Source: Camelus ferus (lineage: Eukaryota). From it: a DNA stretch of 64,000 bases. Below are positions 35,421 through 48,610 of the stretch, piece by piece. Within the stretch, counting starts at the first letter, position 1, and the number at the start of each line of letters is the position of its first letter. The position numbers and the translations under genes were made by a program. The stretch is from assembly GCF_009834535.1 (NCBI RefSeq), contig NC_045697.1:74092001-74156000 (forward strand). Reading direction: 5' to 3'. The notes under the pieces are model-generated. The model was not told where the DNA came from. It ran no database searches and was given only the letters and a program-made list of their open reading frames with translations.

Positions 35421-37834
35421 CATACAAGGTACAAACTTTATCAATAACAAGGAGAACTAATTAGCCCTCATAGCCACCACATATAACATCACGTAGAAAG
35501 TGGATCTATTAGTAAGGAGTACATTATAACCAAGTAGGAGTGTTCAAAAGTATTTGAATTAGCAAAATGTCTTAAAGAGAAATGTACGGTCCTGTTCTTG
35601 TATCTCTTAAGAGATGAAACTGTTATATGGCTCTACAAGTGATAATAAAATACTAATTAAGGACTAAAAAAGTTATAATAATGCTAACAGACCAGGTCAA
35701 TATATTATGATGACAAGACATAGATGAAATTACTAACTTTCAAAAGACATCATTTTAAGAGAGGTAAATGGTTGCAAAATTTAACCATAAAAGGAAATCA
35801 CCTTTATGGCTATTATCTTGATTTTTCTCTTGATTTTTAATCTGCTTTAAATTCTACACCCAATTCTCCATCCAATATTCTATCGGTTGATAACCTAGAT
35901 CCTGTGACTTTGGCTAGTTTGAAAAAGTGTTTTCTTTATTTATCAGGAAAGATTTACCACCTCTGGAAATATTACTTAAATGTAGTATTTCTAAAACCTT
36001 AGGAAGATAATCAAATTAAGTATAGTAAAAATATTACACAACAACAAAAGGAGTATGGAGGATGTTAGTCAAAGTCATAATGTTAATGTTTTAGAATAAA
36101 TATAAAGATATTTGTAATAATAAGTTGTATCGTCCTTACATTTGTATATATTTCATCTTCTGTTTAAAGTGTTCAGTCATGCTAACTGTGGAACTGCTGT
36201 TTAGCTTTCTAAAGTAAATTTAATTAACCAAATTTACCATCAATTTTAATATATGAGTTTGATAAGTAAAATACATGAATTTAGTAAGATGAAAATCAAG
36301 CAAAGTATGAGTACTTTTGGTTGTTTTTTCCTCTCCATACACGAAAGTGTCTGGGCATCAGAAGATGTATAATCAATCACAAACATATATAGGACTAACC
36401 AGTACATAGAGCTCAACGTTAAACACCTAAACTAAACCCTAGCACAGAACCTGACACAGAGTAGGAATTTGGTAAATATTTGTAGAATGAATAATACAAG
36501 GTAAACTGTGAAGAGGGAATTGAATTGCAAACAGATCTCTAGGCGGACAAGCCATGACATGATTCATAAATTTGTATTTTCTAAGGGCTCCACGTGATGG
36601 ATAGCAAAGGGAAACCAAGCCAGAATGTTAATATTTTTTTAATAAATAAAGCACAATGTGACTAGCTTATATTCAGCAAATTACAAGTTAATTGTGATAC
36701 AAATTAAGAGACAATGAGTTTCGTTAGGAAGAACAAATGCAAGATTCCTAGTTCCAAATCTAGCACTTGCTGGACTGAACTGGAATATACATTTATCCCT
36801 TCATTCAAAAAGATGGTCACCATGATAGTGTTAACATGTATATTTCAATGAAAAATTCAGTTTACATTTTTCACATAGTGCTAAATTTCTCTTTGTTTGG
36901 AAATCAAGAACAATGCATATTTACAATGTATCTGAAGGTGGGGATTTTTTTCTTATATAATGACATTCAGAGCAATGTTAGTGACTTTCAGTGACTAACT
37001 CAGCCTGGAGAAGGACTTTGGAAAGAAGAATATGTTGCAAATATGTATAAGTATACTGCACCTAAAAAGCACACAGCTTTCAGAGATGCAGTTTTGCATC
37101 TCAAGGAATATATGATCCCATAGAGAGAAGAAATATAGTCTTTCTAGACTTTGTACAGACTAATAAAAAACATAAGATCTTGTAAAATGTGTGTTAATTA
37201 AAATTTGAGAGACAAATAAAGTTGTTACTTTTCCTAATATTCTGCTCATTGAGAAGCTTGTGTCCCACAGGTTTAGACCTTTGGCACATCAGTTGTTAAC
37301 GTTTATCAGTAACACTGAACTTTGCCTCCTTTTGACCAGCACGCTTTGCTCAAAAGGATGTCTGTGGTGATCATAATTCAACAGTTCTAAGTATAGTGAC
37401 TGCTTTGTTTTCAAGAGGTTATTTAGGTCAAGGGAAACTCTGCAGTTGTGTCATTTGATATGGCTCCAGAATTACTCAACATTACCACCGTTGCTGAAAT
37501 GCAAATTGCCAATATTCTTTTGTTTTCTAGCTACTTCTCTTCCGACTTAAGTCCACATCTTTTTTCTTGGTTACATTCTACAAAAGGCCTCAACAAGTAG
37601 CTTTTAGAAATTTATATATTCAGATAAATAATATTTTATTAGATCAAAGGGGCTTAAGTAAAATACTGTCCAATAAAGAAGATGTTAAGGAGGCCCATTC
37701 CATTATTAATATCAAGTCTTGTTCATCCCTCACAATACCTATCACTTCTTCCCCCAACTTCCCTCAACCAATACCTATTCTATCTTTCTGGCTTATTTAA
37801 CGAGAATAGAGGCTTGGTAGAGGTTTGTAATTAG

Positions 37835-38265
37835 CTGTACGATACCATTTTCCAGTTCTTCCTGAATGACAAAATGCCAAATTTATTCAGCGCTGCTATG
37901 TGCCAGCTAGAAAAATAATTTCCCAGCCTCTCTGGCAGCCAGGCAAAGCCACATGATGGAGTTCTGGCTAAGGAGGCAGAAACAACCGTGGTGGAGGAAA
38001 TTTCCTGAAGTTACTCAGCAGTGGCCCCCATTGCCCTCCTTCCTGCTGCCCACAGAGGGGAGGAAATGGGCAGCATTCCAACAGCCACATGGTAGCCTGG
38101 GCTAGTGTGGTGAGAAATGATAGAACCAGAGACACCAGATAACCACAAAACAACCATACTAGCCCTGGGATGCCCACTTCCTTGACTCCTTTTCCTTGAA
38201 AGAAAAGTAAAACAGTGAGGTTTAAATGCCATGATTAGATTTTTTTCTGTGGCACATGATTAGAA
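37835..38265 (+). mobile_element. MaLR LTR (MLT1J/K-like)
   Basis: ATTTCCCAGCCTCTCTGGCAGCCAGG..GCCACATGATGGAGTTCTGGCTAAGGAG..CCATACTAGCCCTGGGATGCC..GTTTAAATGCCA. Confidence 0.6.
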
Positions 38266-38269
38266 CTTG

Positions 38270-38707
38270 CGTGGCAATTGGATGGCAGCCTCAAATAGGG
38301 TCAGTGAGGACAATGTGATGAAGGGACTCATTACAAGGGTGTGAACATGGTTAAGGCAAATTTACACAATTAGCAACTGCAAAGAAGCCTGTTTGGCCTC
38401 TAAGTTTAACTAGTGGAGGAAGAGAGCTGTTGTTGGACCCTAGGCTGCTGTAGGACAGGGTATCTTGATGGAGCTATGTCTTCAAGCAGACACGCCCAGC
38501 AGGAAGTGAGTGACTCAGGATAACAGTCACCCTGGCCTCACTCTCCATCTGCTCTCTTTTCTCCTGCCGTGTCTCCTATTGGCCAAATTCACCATAAATT
38601 AGAGGGCAAAGATCACCTGTTTACATAGTCCATAAAAGGGACACAAAGGCAGGGTGGAGAAGGCTAGAGAGTGAACCTGGAGGGTCAAATGGAAAATGTC
38701 CAGCACA
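38270..38707 (-). mobile_element. ERVL LTR (LTR33-like)
   Basis: TCTCCTATTGGCCAAA..AGAGGGCAAAG..GCAGGGTGGAGAAGG..AGAGTGAACCTGGAGGGTCAAATGGAAAATGTCCAGCACA. Confidence 0.65.
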
Positions 38708-38789
38708 ACTGCTTATTACTTTCCTGCTTTCAACTCCATTTCCTCACCTGCGCCCCAGTCCACCCCCCAGTTCACTGTTATCTCCTTAA

Positions 38790-39560
38790 AGTGAAGACTA
38801 ATATCATTTCCCTCCTTTGCTTAAACCTCTTCAGCACATCCTAGTAGCCCAGCAAATCAAGTCCAGACTCCTTAACTGAGCATGAAAGGAGTCGCCGTCT
38901 TGCTCTGTCCCGCTTTCCCAAACCTGTTTCTCTGTAATTCCCTACATGTATCCTATGTTGCCACCAAACTGCAATAATCATCATTCCAAACAGTAGCCCG
39001 TGCTTTCCCATTGCATTTGCCTTTATTCCTCCTGCTTAAAAAACAGGGCACTCCTCTTTCTTTCTCCTCTCTGAAAACCTCATCCATATACTGAAGTGTA
39101 GCTTATAAATGTATGCTGCGGAACCTTTCCTGAACCTTTCGCTGGACATCAACATCCTCCATTGGCTTCTTATCTCACCCAGAGTAAAGGCCAAAGTCCT
39201 TCCAGTGCCCTACAGATCCCTACATGATACCATCCCCACCCCCCACCACACACACAGTACCTCTTCATTACTGAAGCTCTCTTTCTTCATAATTCCTGTC
39301 TCACTTACTTCATTCCAGTGATGTGTGTCCCTTGCTATTGCTAGAACCACTGAGCCTATGTCTCATATCCTTTACACTTGCCTGACTTAAATGCTATCAT
39401 CGCCCCCCCAACCCCATCCACATTGCTTATTCTCTGAATTCCTGCAGTTTTCTGCTCACATTTCCAGTGAGGCCATCCCTGATTACTCTATGGAAATTAG
39501 AAACCCCTCCCCTCTCTGCCAGCATTCCCCACTCTCTTTACCACAGCACTTATCCACATC
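38790..39560 (+). mobile_element. L2 fragments
   Basis: CTCCATTGGCTTCTTATCTCACCCAGAGTAAAGGCCAAAGTCCTT..GCCCTACAGATCCCTACATGAT..CAGTGAGGCCATCCCTGA. Confidence 0.65.
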
Positions 39561-40599
39561 CCACTGAGTGGCTGGAAAGACAAGAATAGGGGGATGAATT
39601 CAGGAAGAAGTGCAGATAGGCTTGTCTTTGGGGTGGTGGTGTCAAGTCAGAGAGATGAGAATGATAGGGCTACCTGCTCTAGGGTTCCCAATGGAACTCC
39701 ACTGAAATGTTCTTTTCCTCTTCTGGTTTTAGTAGAGAGTAATGGGTGGTGTAGCAGTGGTCTGATAGGCAATCACAGAACTTTGTTCAAAATTGCAAGT
39801 TAACGTGTGGTCTCCTCAAGGCAAATTCACCGATTTAGAGAAGTATGGCATTAGAACTACAACACAATGGGAGAAAGCAGACCAGTCATATTATTCTCTA
39901 ATATTAAACTTTTAATATTTTATAGAAAGTTGCTCTATTCATAATTTAAGTAAGAAGAGTGTCACGGCCCGTGGCAGAAAAGATGCAAGGTAGTTTTCTC
40001 AGCAATTCTTTCAGAAGACTTGGCAAAAACGAAATAGATATTGGCATAAAGAAATAATATTCCAGTAATAACCCTATTTGAAAGAATAATCCAGATTTGA
40101 GAGAATAAGAAACTTGTATTACTTCTTCTCCTACTCACTGTGCTACTCACGGCTTTTCTAAAGATGGTTCAGTGGGAGGGAAAGGAAAGAGACAAAAACA
40201 CTGTATTTAGCTTGTATCGTTTTTAACATTTGGTCCATCAAAAAACTGATGTTTTCTCTCACTGGGTGATTTTATGGGTTTTTAAGAGATCTTCTGTTGG
40301 GGTCAACTGATTTTTCTAGGCAGTCACCTTAGGTGGATCCCTTTCAAGACAGCCCTAGGGATCCATACTTGGTCCATGTGATACCTACATGCATCCTTGA
40401 CCTACCACATTATTCCACCATAGCCCTGTTTTTGTTTTTTTGTTGTTGTTGTTGTTGTTTTTGCTTCACAGTTCCCTTCAACCAGCTTCCCCTTTATACA
40501 TTTGTTGGAATTGAAGGGGGAAGCACCCCCGTTCTGTCCCCCAGGCAGAGGGGAGGAGCAATGTCATAGCACTCTGAAAATAAAGCCTGAGAGAACTGA

Positions 40600-41040
40600 G
40601 AACTATTAGTGAGAACTGAGTTAATGAGAACTGGTGGGAGTCTGCTCTGGAAGAAAGTTAGCACCATCACTTGCGTTTAGCAGAGACTCAAAGGCAGGCA
40701 AGAGAGTGGAAAATCTCCAGAGTATGGAAACAGGAATGCCTTCAGGTACGCTCTGATTGGAGATTGTTGGTGTGGGGAAGCCAGGGGAGACTTAACTAGA
40801 AGTAGAGCATCTTATGTGATGGATTTGAGGAGCACATTTGGCTTTTTCTGGCTGGATCTGAGTTGGAAGTGAGGTCAAGAAACAGAAAGCTGGCAGGCAC
40901 AGACCAAGTCCTAGTGATGTGGCTGATCGCTACAGAGGCTGTGGTTCGGCTTTTCCAGCTGGTTGCTGCAGAGGATGTGGGTGAGAGTTCTTTCAGCACA
41001 TATGATCCAGTCATTGTTCATTTGTACATTCGATCTCTCA
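40600..41040 (-). mobile_element. ERV1 solo LTR (MER90-like)
   Basis: Minus strand begins TGAGAGA..ATGTACAAATGAACAATG and contains TCTGCAGCAACCAGC, CTTCCAACTCAG, CTCCAATCAGAGCGTACCTGAAG and GCCTGCCTTTGAGTCTCTGC. Confidence 0.8.
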
Positions 41041-41554
41041 TAATTCTCTCTCTAAGGAAGTTATGCCTACCCAACTCCATTAATTTTTAAGCCTCTCCTT
41101 TAATGTCTTCAAGGTAGACTATAGATGAATCACCTGACTGATTTTTAGGCTGCCTCTTTCGAGTCACTTCTTTTATAATATGTGGATAATTAAACATTTT
41201 GTTCTCAAGTTTAGAGCCTCATCCAAAACTGAGGAAATAGTCTACTTTAAATTCCTAATGCATAGGTCTCAGTACAGAGGACTCATCTGAGAAGACTGGC
41301 AGCAAAAAAGAGGAAGAGAAATTGGACAGCACCTAGAATGCACAAGCAGGCCAACGAGTCCCTCTTCTTTCTCTTCTTCCCCTTCTCTTCTTTTTTTCCT
41401 TCTCATTTTCTTTTCTAAGGCATAAACCCTCACAATAAAGTCGGAGATCCTCAACATAGCCAGATTCTTCAGCCTCAAGACTTGATCCAGCCTTGCCCCT
41501 CTGGTCTCAATTCCTGCCACTCCCAAACACTATCTTGTTTTTCATGACTAGAAG

Positions 41555-42228
41555 TGAAACTGAGCAGGACCCTGAGGGGCCTTCCTTGAGAAGTTTCCTC
41601 CATCCCACCACCCCGCCCCATGTCCCCTGTCTCTTGTTTATAAGAAAAAAACTTCAGCCTCCTAGGCCTTCTCCAAGTTCCAAAGAGAAAATTTAATCAT
41701 AGAAGTGAGAAAAATGCAGAAACAAAGGAAAACAGTCAAGCAAGACAAACAAAACAAAACAAAACAAAAACAAAAAACCCCAAAGAGTTTAGCCATAAAA
41801 CAAAGTCAAGGACTTTGGTTTGTTTGGTTCTTTGGCTTCAACTTCGGTTCTTCCTTGAAGGCTATTAGATAATAAAGCCCTACCTCTGAGTTGTTTTCCA
41901 GGTAATAAAAACCCCACCAAGTGGAAGAAGTTAACTGTATGCTGAACACTAGCAGGTAGACCCTAGACCTAGACCAGTTGGAACCAGCAGGTTGATGACG
42001 TTGACTCCAGAAATACCAGCTGACTACCTCACCATCAGCCAATCTAAAGAATGTGCATGAGTTGAGCAGTCACCCTGTGACCCACTCCCTCACCTTGTCT
42101 TTAAAAACATGCCCCTGAAAGCAATGGGAGAATTCAGGCCTTTTGAGCATGTGTGGCCCGTTCTCCTTGCCTGGCTCATGTTGGGTGCTTTGCAACAAAT
42201 GCTATACTTCCCTTCACTACAACCTGGT
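41555..42228 (+). mobile_element. ERV1 solo LTR of cetartiodactyl type (tentatively MER41-like), 3' end apparently missing
   Basis: Starts TGAAACTGAGCAGGACCCTG. Contains GAAGTGAGAAAAATGCAGAAACAAAGGAAAACAGTCAAGC, CCAAT at about 42040 and TTTAAAAA at about 42100. Confidence 0.7.
41746..41777. repeat. (CAAAA)n microsatellite within LTR
   Basis: CAAACAAAACAAAACAAAACAAAAACAAAAAA. Confidence 0.85.
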
Positions 42229-43789
42229 ACCTGATTTTACTTTAAATAGATTGTTCTAAGTTACTTTTGATGAAGTTTTAATACCTTACACTCCTGTCTC
42301 CTACAATGGCCTGTTTCCATCACTGAGATCATCACTTACTTTAATCTTTTCCAAAAGAAGTATCTCATTGTTTGAATTCACATTTCCTTCATCAGTAGTC
42401 AGATGGAACCTCTTTTCATATGTTTGGTAGTCATTTGCACTTTTTCTTTGGATTTTTTAAAATGAATTTTGCTGTTTTCTTATTTTGTTTGATCATTTGA
42501 TGTCTATTTGTAGTACTTCTTATAATTTATGACAATTAAACTGTCAATCATATATATTATATAAATAGTAATTCCCAGTTCATTGTTTCTTAATCTATCT
42601 TCTTTAGGGTATTTTTGAATACAGATATTTTAATATCTAGGTAGTTGAATTTATCTCCTTCATAGTTTTTGATTTTTATGTCAGGCACAGGTAGAATTTT
42701 ACCAAGTGAGTTATAAAATTATTTAAGCCTATTTCCCCCTAGTATTTTATTCCTTCATTTTTCATTTAATTATGAGTTCATGTTTAAGCTAAAAATAATC
42801 TTGCTTACATATTTATTTTCTAGTAAATCACTATAAATTTTCAAGTAACATAATAACAGAGTATATAATTTGTGATTATCACTTTCAAAATAGAGAAATT
42901 CTTCAAAAGCATCATTTAAGAGCTCAAGACAATATTTCTAGGAAAAAAGGATGCAAATTTAGAAAGCAAGTGAATAAGTTAGCATATATTTGATAATATT
43001 TATGAAGATAAGAGTATTTTGTTCCTCACATATATTGGGTTTTTTTGATATTCTGTTGAGTGTTTTGTGAGTTTATTATCTGTGGAGATGCAGGTCAATG
43101 AACAGTTTTAATTAAGGGCCTACACTTTACCCGGTGCTGGGAATACAGCAGTACAAAGGGCCTGTGAAAAAGAGATTTCTGGAGGCTTCTAAAGAAAGAC
43201 GCTTCCTCATTTCTTACAAAAAGGCTTCTGTGTCTCTCTTCCTGGTCATGAACTGGAGGAACTGAACTTCATGTATTTGGTAACCATGTGGCACCACAAG
43301 GGGGAGCCAACCGTAGAGTAGGGCTGAGCTGACCCCCGCGATTGCAGAATTAAGGAAGGGAAACCAGCAGTTCAATGATTTTTTTTTTTAACTGCTGAAT
43401 CAAGCCTATCTGGATCTATCTTTAAACTTACCAGTTTTTTAAACCAATACATCTCTGTAATTGTTTAAGCTATTTTCTGTTACTTATACCCAAAGACGTC
43501 TTAATCAACACAATGTTGGTTAGGTACCAACATAAGTACTATGGAACCTGCATAAGTACTATGTACTTCTCTACGTTGGCACTTTTCTCGTGGTATTGTG
43601 ATTATCAATTAAGTTGTCTGTATCCTTTTAAACTTTTAAGCAGTAATTGTATGCATCTTGTCTACCAGCCTATACTCACTCAGTACAGTGCCAGTGGAGT
43701 CTACACACCTCAGGAATTTGCTGGATGTGTAAGAAGAAATTATGCAATCAAGAGACCTTTTATTATTTGATTTCTTAACTTCCACTTAT

Positions 43790-46620
43790 TATGCACTGTT
43801 TTTCTTCATTCTTTTTTATAATAAAAAATACAGAAAAGCACACAGATCCATGTATATACCACCCACAATGAACAAATATTTGTACTGCATATTCCCCAAT
43901 GTTCCCTAATTTCCTCTCTTTTTATTCAGAAACAAGTATTATCATTACCTGCTAGGTTCAGATAGTATTGTTTTGTATAGTTTTAAAATAAATAGGTAAA
44001 AAGAATCATATGTACTATTTGGCAACTTATTTTCTGACACTCAGCATATGGGTTCCTGACATTTACCATGTAAATCCAAGTGGATTGCTCACTCATCTTA
44101 ACTGCTACATAGTTTTTCGTCATAGGAAGATGCCACGTCACCTATTAGTGGAGATTTGCATTGGTTCCAGTTTCACAATTAAACAATAATTCAATGAACA
44201 TCTTTGTCTCCTGTGAGAGCTCTTCTATGATAATAGGCCTTAACAAGAAATTGATGGTCCCAGGGTATGCACATTTACAAGTGTACTGAATATTGCCGAA
44301 CTTCTCTCTTTCCAAAATGGGTGCAAACTTTCGAATTTGTATGTATTATTAAATTGCTTTCCAAAGTATTTGTACCAATTTATACTTTTACCAATAATCT
44401 AAAAGAGTAATCATTCATCCATATCACTGCTAACACTTGGAATTATTAGAAGTTTTTCATTTTTGCTAATCTGATGAATGTAAAATAATTTTTTATTATC
44501 ATTTTATTATTTTTGCCCAGAATAATAGTACATTATGATCTTTTTATGTATTTAATCATCAATATGCTTTCTACTTCAAAGACTTACCTGCTCAAAACCG
44601 TTCCCTTTTGCCCTCTCTGGGCTGGATTTTTAATTCTTTTTTCTACTTTATATATAACAATGTATTATATGTGTTTGATATTAATCCTTCATTTTTGATG
44701 TTGTGAATGTCTTTTCTTCATCTGACAATTATCTTTCAGGCATGTTTATAATGAGCTTTAGTATTTAGACGTTCATCATTGTAAAGCAATTGTTTTGTTT
44801 GTCTGTTTTTTTGGTTTTAGTTAAAAATCTTTCTCTACACCAATATTATGAATATATTCTCCTTTTTTAAAAAAAAGTAATGATTTTAAAATTTTGATTT
44901 TTCACTTTTAAATCCTGAACCTATCTGAAATTTATTTTTTACTTAATATATAAATTAGAGAAATTTTTTTAATATATAATAAACCAATCACAACAACACA
45001 TCTCCTTGATTTGTAATGCTTCCTGTATGACACACCAAATTCCTTATACGCTTCTGTCATTTTTGGACTCCCTATTCTATTCCAATAATCTATTTGCTTG
45101 TCTCTGAGCCACCAATGTCACATTGTTTTGTAAATTTTATAATATCCTCTTGATATCTGGTCAGACAAGTCCTTAAAATTGTCTTGGCTATTCTGGATCC
45201 TCTACTGTCCCATATAAATATGAAAATCAATCAATCTCAAAAATATTCTATCAGAATTTTAATGAAATTTAGTTTAACTTACAGATTACTTTAGAGAAAA
45301 GGTATTGTTCTGATACTGAATCTTATTTATTGGCATAATATATTAGTTAGGTCTTCTGTTATATCTTTCAATAATATTTTGTAATTTTCTCCAAAGAGGT
45401 CTTGCACACCTTCTATCAAGTTTGTTCCTAGGTACATTTTTGGATCTTGTTGCTTCTGTAAATTTTATCTTTCCAAGATAATTTTTTGTAACCAATGTTG
45501 CTAAATGTATAGGAAGACTATTAACTTTTCTAAAAATTCAGCTAAGCTACTTGAATTCTTATATTTACTTTAATAGCTGTCCTTAATTCTTTTGGATTTT
45601 CTATGTGGACAATCATATATGAAAATCACAGCATGTTTTCTCTTCTGTTTTAATACTTAGACATACTATTTATTTTTCCTTGTTACTTATTTAGGTATTC
45701 TAGTACTTGATGAGTAGCAGCAGTAATAACAGCCATCCTTGACTTGTTCTTGTTAAAGTGTACTTGTCAAAAGAGTAAACCATGGCTCTCATGTAGCTAA
45801 AATGGATATATGTCAAGGGTTTTATTTAATTCATAAATTAATGAGGGAACGAGAACTATATTTAAACAGGTTCAAAGAATACGTAGGAGTTAATTCAATA
45901 AAGGAACTTTAGAGTAAGATTGTTGGGTTAGATCCAGAACTGGTTAACATCATCCAGAGCAATAAACCATACTTTGGGGTAATATTTTACTGGACAGAAA
46001 TTATTTTCATCTGTACCAGACAAGTACCTACAAGTTAACCTCTGCATCTGCACAGCTGACAACAGCACAGACAACAGAAAGATCAACCAAAGATGTAAAC
46101 CCACCTACTATTCTCTTTTGCCTGTTTATAAGTTTTGGGTAATTTTTCTGTCATTCCTGATTTTAAAGGAAATGCTTATAAAGTTTTACCATTAATTACA
46201 GTGTTTATAGTTTTTTGGTAAATACCTTTTTAATAAGCTAAGGAAGTTCTATTTTAGTTTTCTAAAATAATTTAGCATAAATGACCCAATTTAGCCCAAT
46301 AAATACTTTCTATCGTCTCTATTAAAATGATTGTTTAGGTTTTTTTCCTTTCCATGTGTTAATGAGGTGGGATATATTGATAAACTCTGATGTTTAAATA
46401 TCATTTCACTTTCAGAAAACTCTACTTTGTCATGATGTATTATTATTTAGTTATATACTGCTGACATTTATTTCCTAATATTTTATTTAGAAATTTTGCA
46501 CTTATATTCATACATGAGATTACTCCATCATCTTTTCTGGTACCATCCTTAGCCAGTTTTTTTAACCAACGTAATTTCCCTTCCCTTTCTACACTTTAAA
46601 AAGTTTTTTAAATGAGATAC
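43790..46620 (-). mobile_element. Long degenerate ancient L1 (L1ME/L1MC-like), interrupted at about 45760-46130 by unrelated, probably ERV-derived sequence
   Basis: Antisense ORF2 motifs CTTTCCAAAG..TGTACCAATTTATAC, AATTGTCTTGGCTATTCTGG, AGAGGTCTTGCACA..TTCCTAGGTA and CAGCCATCCTTGACTTGTTC, resuming as TTCCTGATTTTAAAGGAAATGCTT. Confidence 0.7.
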
Positions 46621-47157
46621 AGAACATCTTTTTTTTCTCAAAATGTCGGTAAAAATCACTATTTTTACGATCCTGTTTTAGAAAAAGTACTCTGCTGTCC
46701 ACTAGGAAGATAGATTAAAGGGAGCATTGTTGTGGCAGAATGACCATTTGCATTTCCTTTCCTGTGAAATCTGTCTGTTCATAACCTTTGTTCATATTTT
46801 ATTATTGGGATATTGGTGTCCTTATCAATTTGCTTGAATTCTTTCCATTAAGGTATTATTAATGATCTTAATTCTTTTTCATATTTGTGATTAATTTTCT
46901 ACCAGTTTATTACTTGTCTTATGATTTTATTTATATATTTTGAGTCCTTGTTTTTATTACTAATACATATATTTGTAAAATATATATATTTATATATATT
47001 TACAATATTGTAAACAAAATCAAACAATAAAGATATACATAATGCAGAGGGCAGGAGAAAATAATATGTTACAAAAATCATCTTGTATTTAAACTAACCC
47101 GTGCCCCCTTTCCATGCCTTCTCAGTTTATTTATAGCACTGTTTAAGATTGGGTATG

Positions 47158-47344
47158 GGGGGGGAGTCTATAGCTCAAGCAGTAGAGTGCATGCTTAGCA
47201 TGCACAGGGTCCTGGGTTCAATCTCCAGTACCCCCTCCAGAAATAAATAAACCTAATTACTTCCCCCTACACACACCACAAACAGAAAAAAACCCAAATA
47301 AAATAAAATGCTGGCTTAAAAAAATTAAAAACAAAAGCAAACAA
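47158..47344 (+). mobile_element. tRNA-Ala-derived SINE (camelid Vic-1-like), long form
   Basis: GGGGGGGGAGTCTATAGCTCAAGCAGTAGAGTGCATGCTTAGCATGCACAGGGTCCTGGGTTCAATCTCCAGTACC, then AAATAAACCTAATTACTTCCCC and an A-rich tail. TSD AAGATTGGGTATG (47145-47157) and AAGATTGGGCATG (47345-47357). Confidence 0.92.
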
Positions 47345-48239
47345 AAGATTGGGCATGTATCTGTGTGTTTTTGATAGAGATTTTCTTTTCTCTAGGATGA
47401 AACAGTGTTTTGGATTTGGAGGAGAAAAGAAAGGGAGGCTTGTTGCCTTTATTGAATCCTCAGTGTCCCTTCTGCCTAAAATCTGAAAGGAAATTGTATT
47501 GATCATAAGCCATATTTTTCTAGAAATTCTGCAGCAAATATGGCAAAATATTTTGGTGACTGAAGGGACAGTATGAACTGACCCTTTGTTTCAGACATGA
47601 TCTGTCAAGTGATCTGTAAAAACAAATAGCAAAATCATAAAAAGTATTAGGGAAATCTATATTAATATAGCATTATTAAAACACATTCCTCTGCAAACAC
47701 AAACCCACCAAACAGGTGTTTCCACAGGAAAGCATTAATGGGCCTTCTAGTACTAGTCGAAGCAATTCCATACAATGCATTGTTTTCTGCAATCAATGGA
47801 CACTCTAAAGCTTGGCAGGCACATGAAACCAGATATAGGGCAGCTTTAGGCTGCTAGCATTTGCTGGTCTTTGTTTTCTTTGGGAGAAGAAAAAGGGAAA
47901 CACAAATTTGCCCAAAGGATCCAGATAAACAATTTTTTTTTACCTCGGTTTAAAACCTCCATAAATCTGCTAGTATGATGAATTTTGTTTGTATTGTGTT
48001 AGCTTAATTGAGCAGGTTGTATATCACTTTCCTGGATACAGACAGTGGGAGCCATTGCAGTCTGCTTTTACGACTGTAGGTATACAGCGCCCTCTTTATT
48101 TATTTATTTATTTTTTTACAGTTCTGTCCCTTCAGGAAAAAAAAATCCAGGAGTCCAGAGTCCAGGCAATAAATTCTCCTAACCATTTCCTCTTGTTTCT
48201 AACTGTCAGACAGTAAATATAACTTCTTTTGGTAGACTT

Positions 48240-48610
48240 CGCCATTCACTGATGCATTCATTCTATAAACACTTATAAAATAATTTTTATATACTATCTC
48301 TCTTTCTGTCACCAGGGAACAGAAATGAATAGAATACAGGTCTTGCCTTTCAGTCCTTTCCAGAGGACAAGTCAGAGCTACACAATATTATTGCCAGTGA
48401 TGTCAAACATATTCTAATACACATAAAGGAAAGAACCAGGATTTGTAAAAAGAGGCCAAGAGAACTCATATGTAGAACCACTACATACATGTGGGAGGTG
48501 ATGTTTCAGCTGCAGGTAAGTTTTGGAGCCTGAGTAAGGTTTATTGAGATAGACAAGGCAGGGACAAGCATTCTAGGGAAAGGAAACAGCAAGAGTAAAA
48601 GAATGAAGCA
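48240..48610 (-). mobile_element. L2 3' remnant
   Basis: CATTCATTCTATAAACACTTAT..GAAATGAATAGAATACAGGTCTTGCC..GGAGGTGATGTTT..AGCATTCTAGGGAAAGGAAACAGC. Confidence 0.55.

Noticed and set aside
37083..37102. Perfect 8-bp hairpin GAGATGCA-GTTT-TGCATCTC
   Set aside because: A stem of this size is expected by chance in 64 kb, and there is no supporting context.
47158..47240. tRNA-Ala gene calls for this and the two other tRNA-like sequences (3902-3981, 51628-51702)
   Set aside because: G-rich 5' extensions, A-rich tails, TSDs on two of the three copies and stem mismatches indicate retroposed SINEs.
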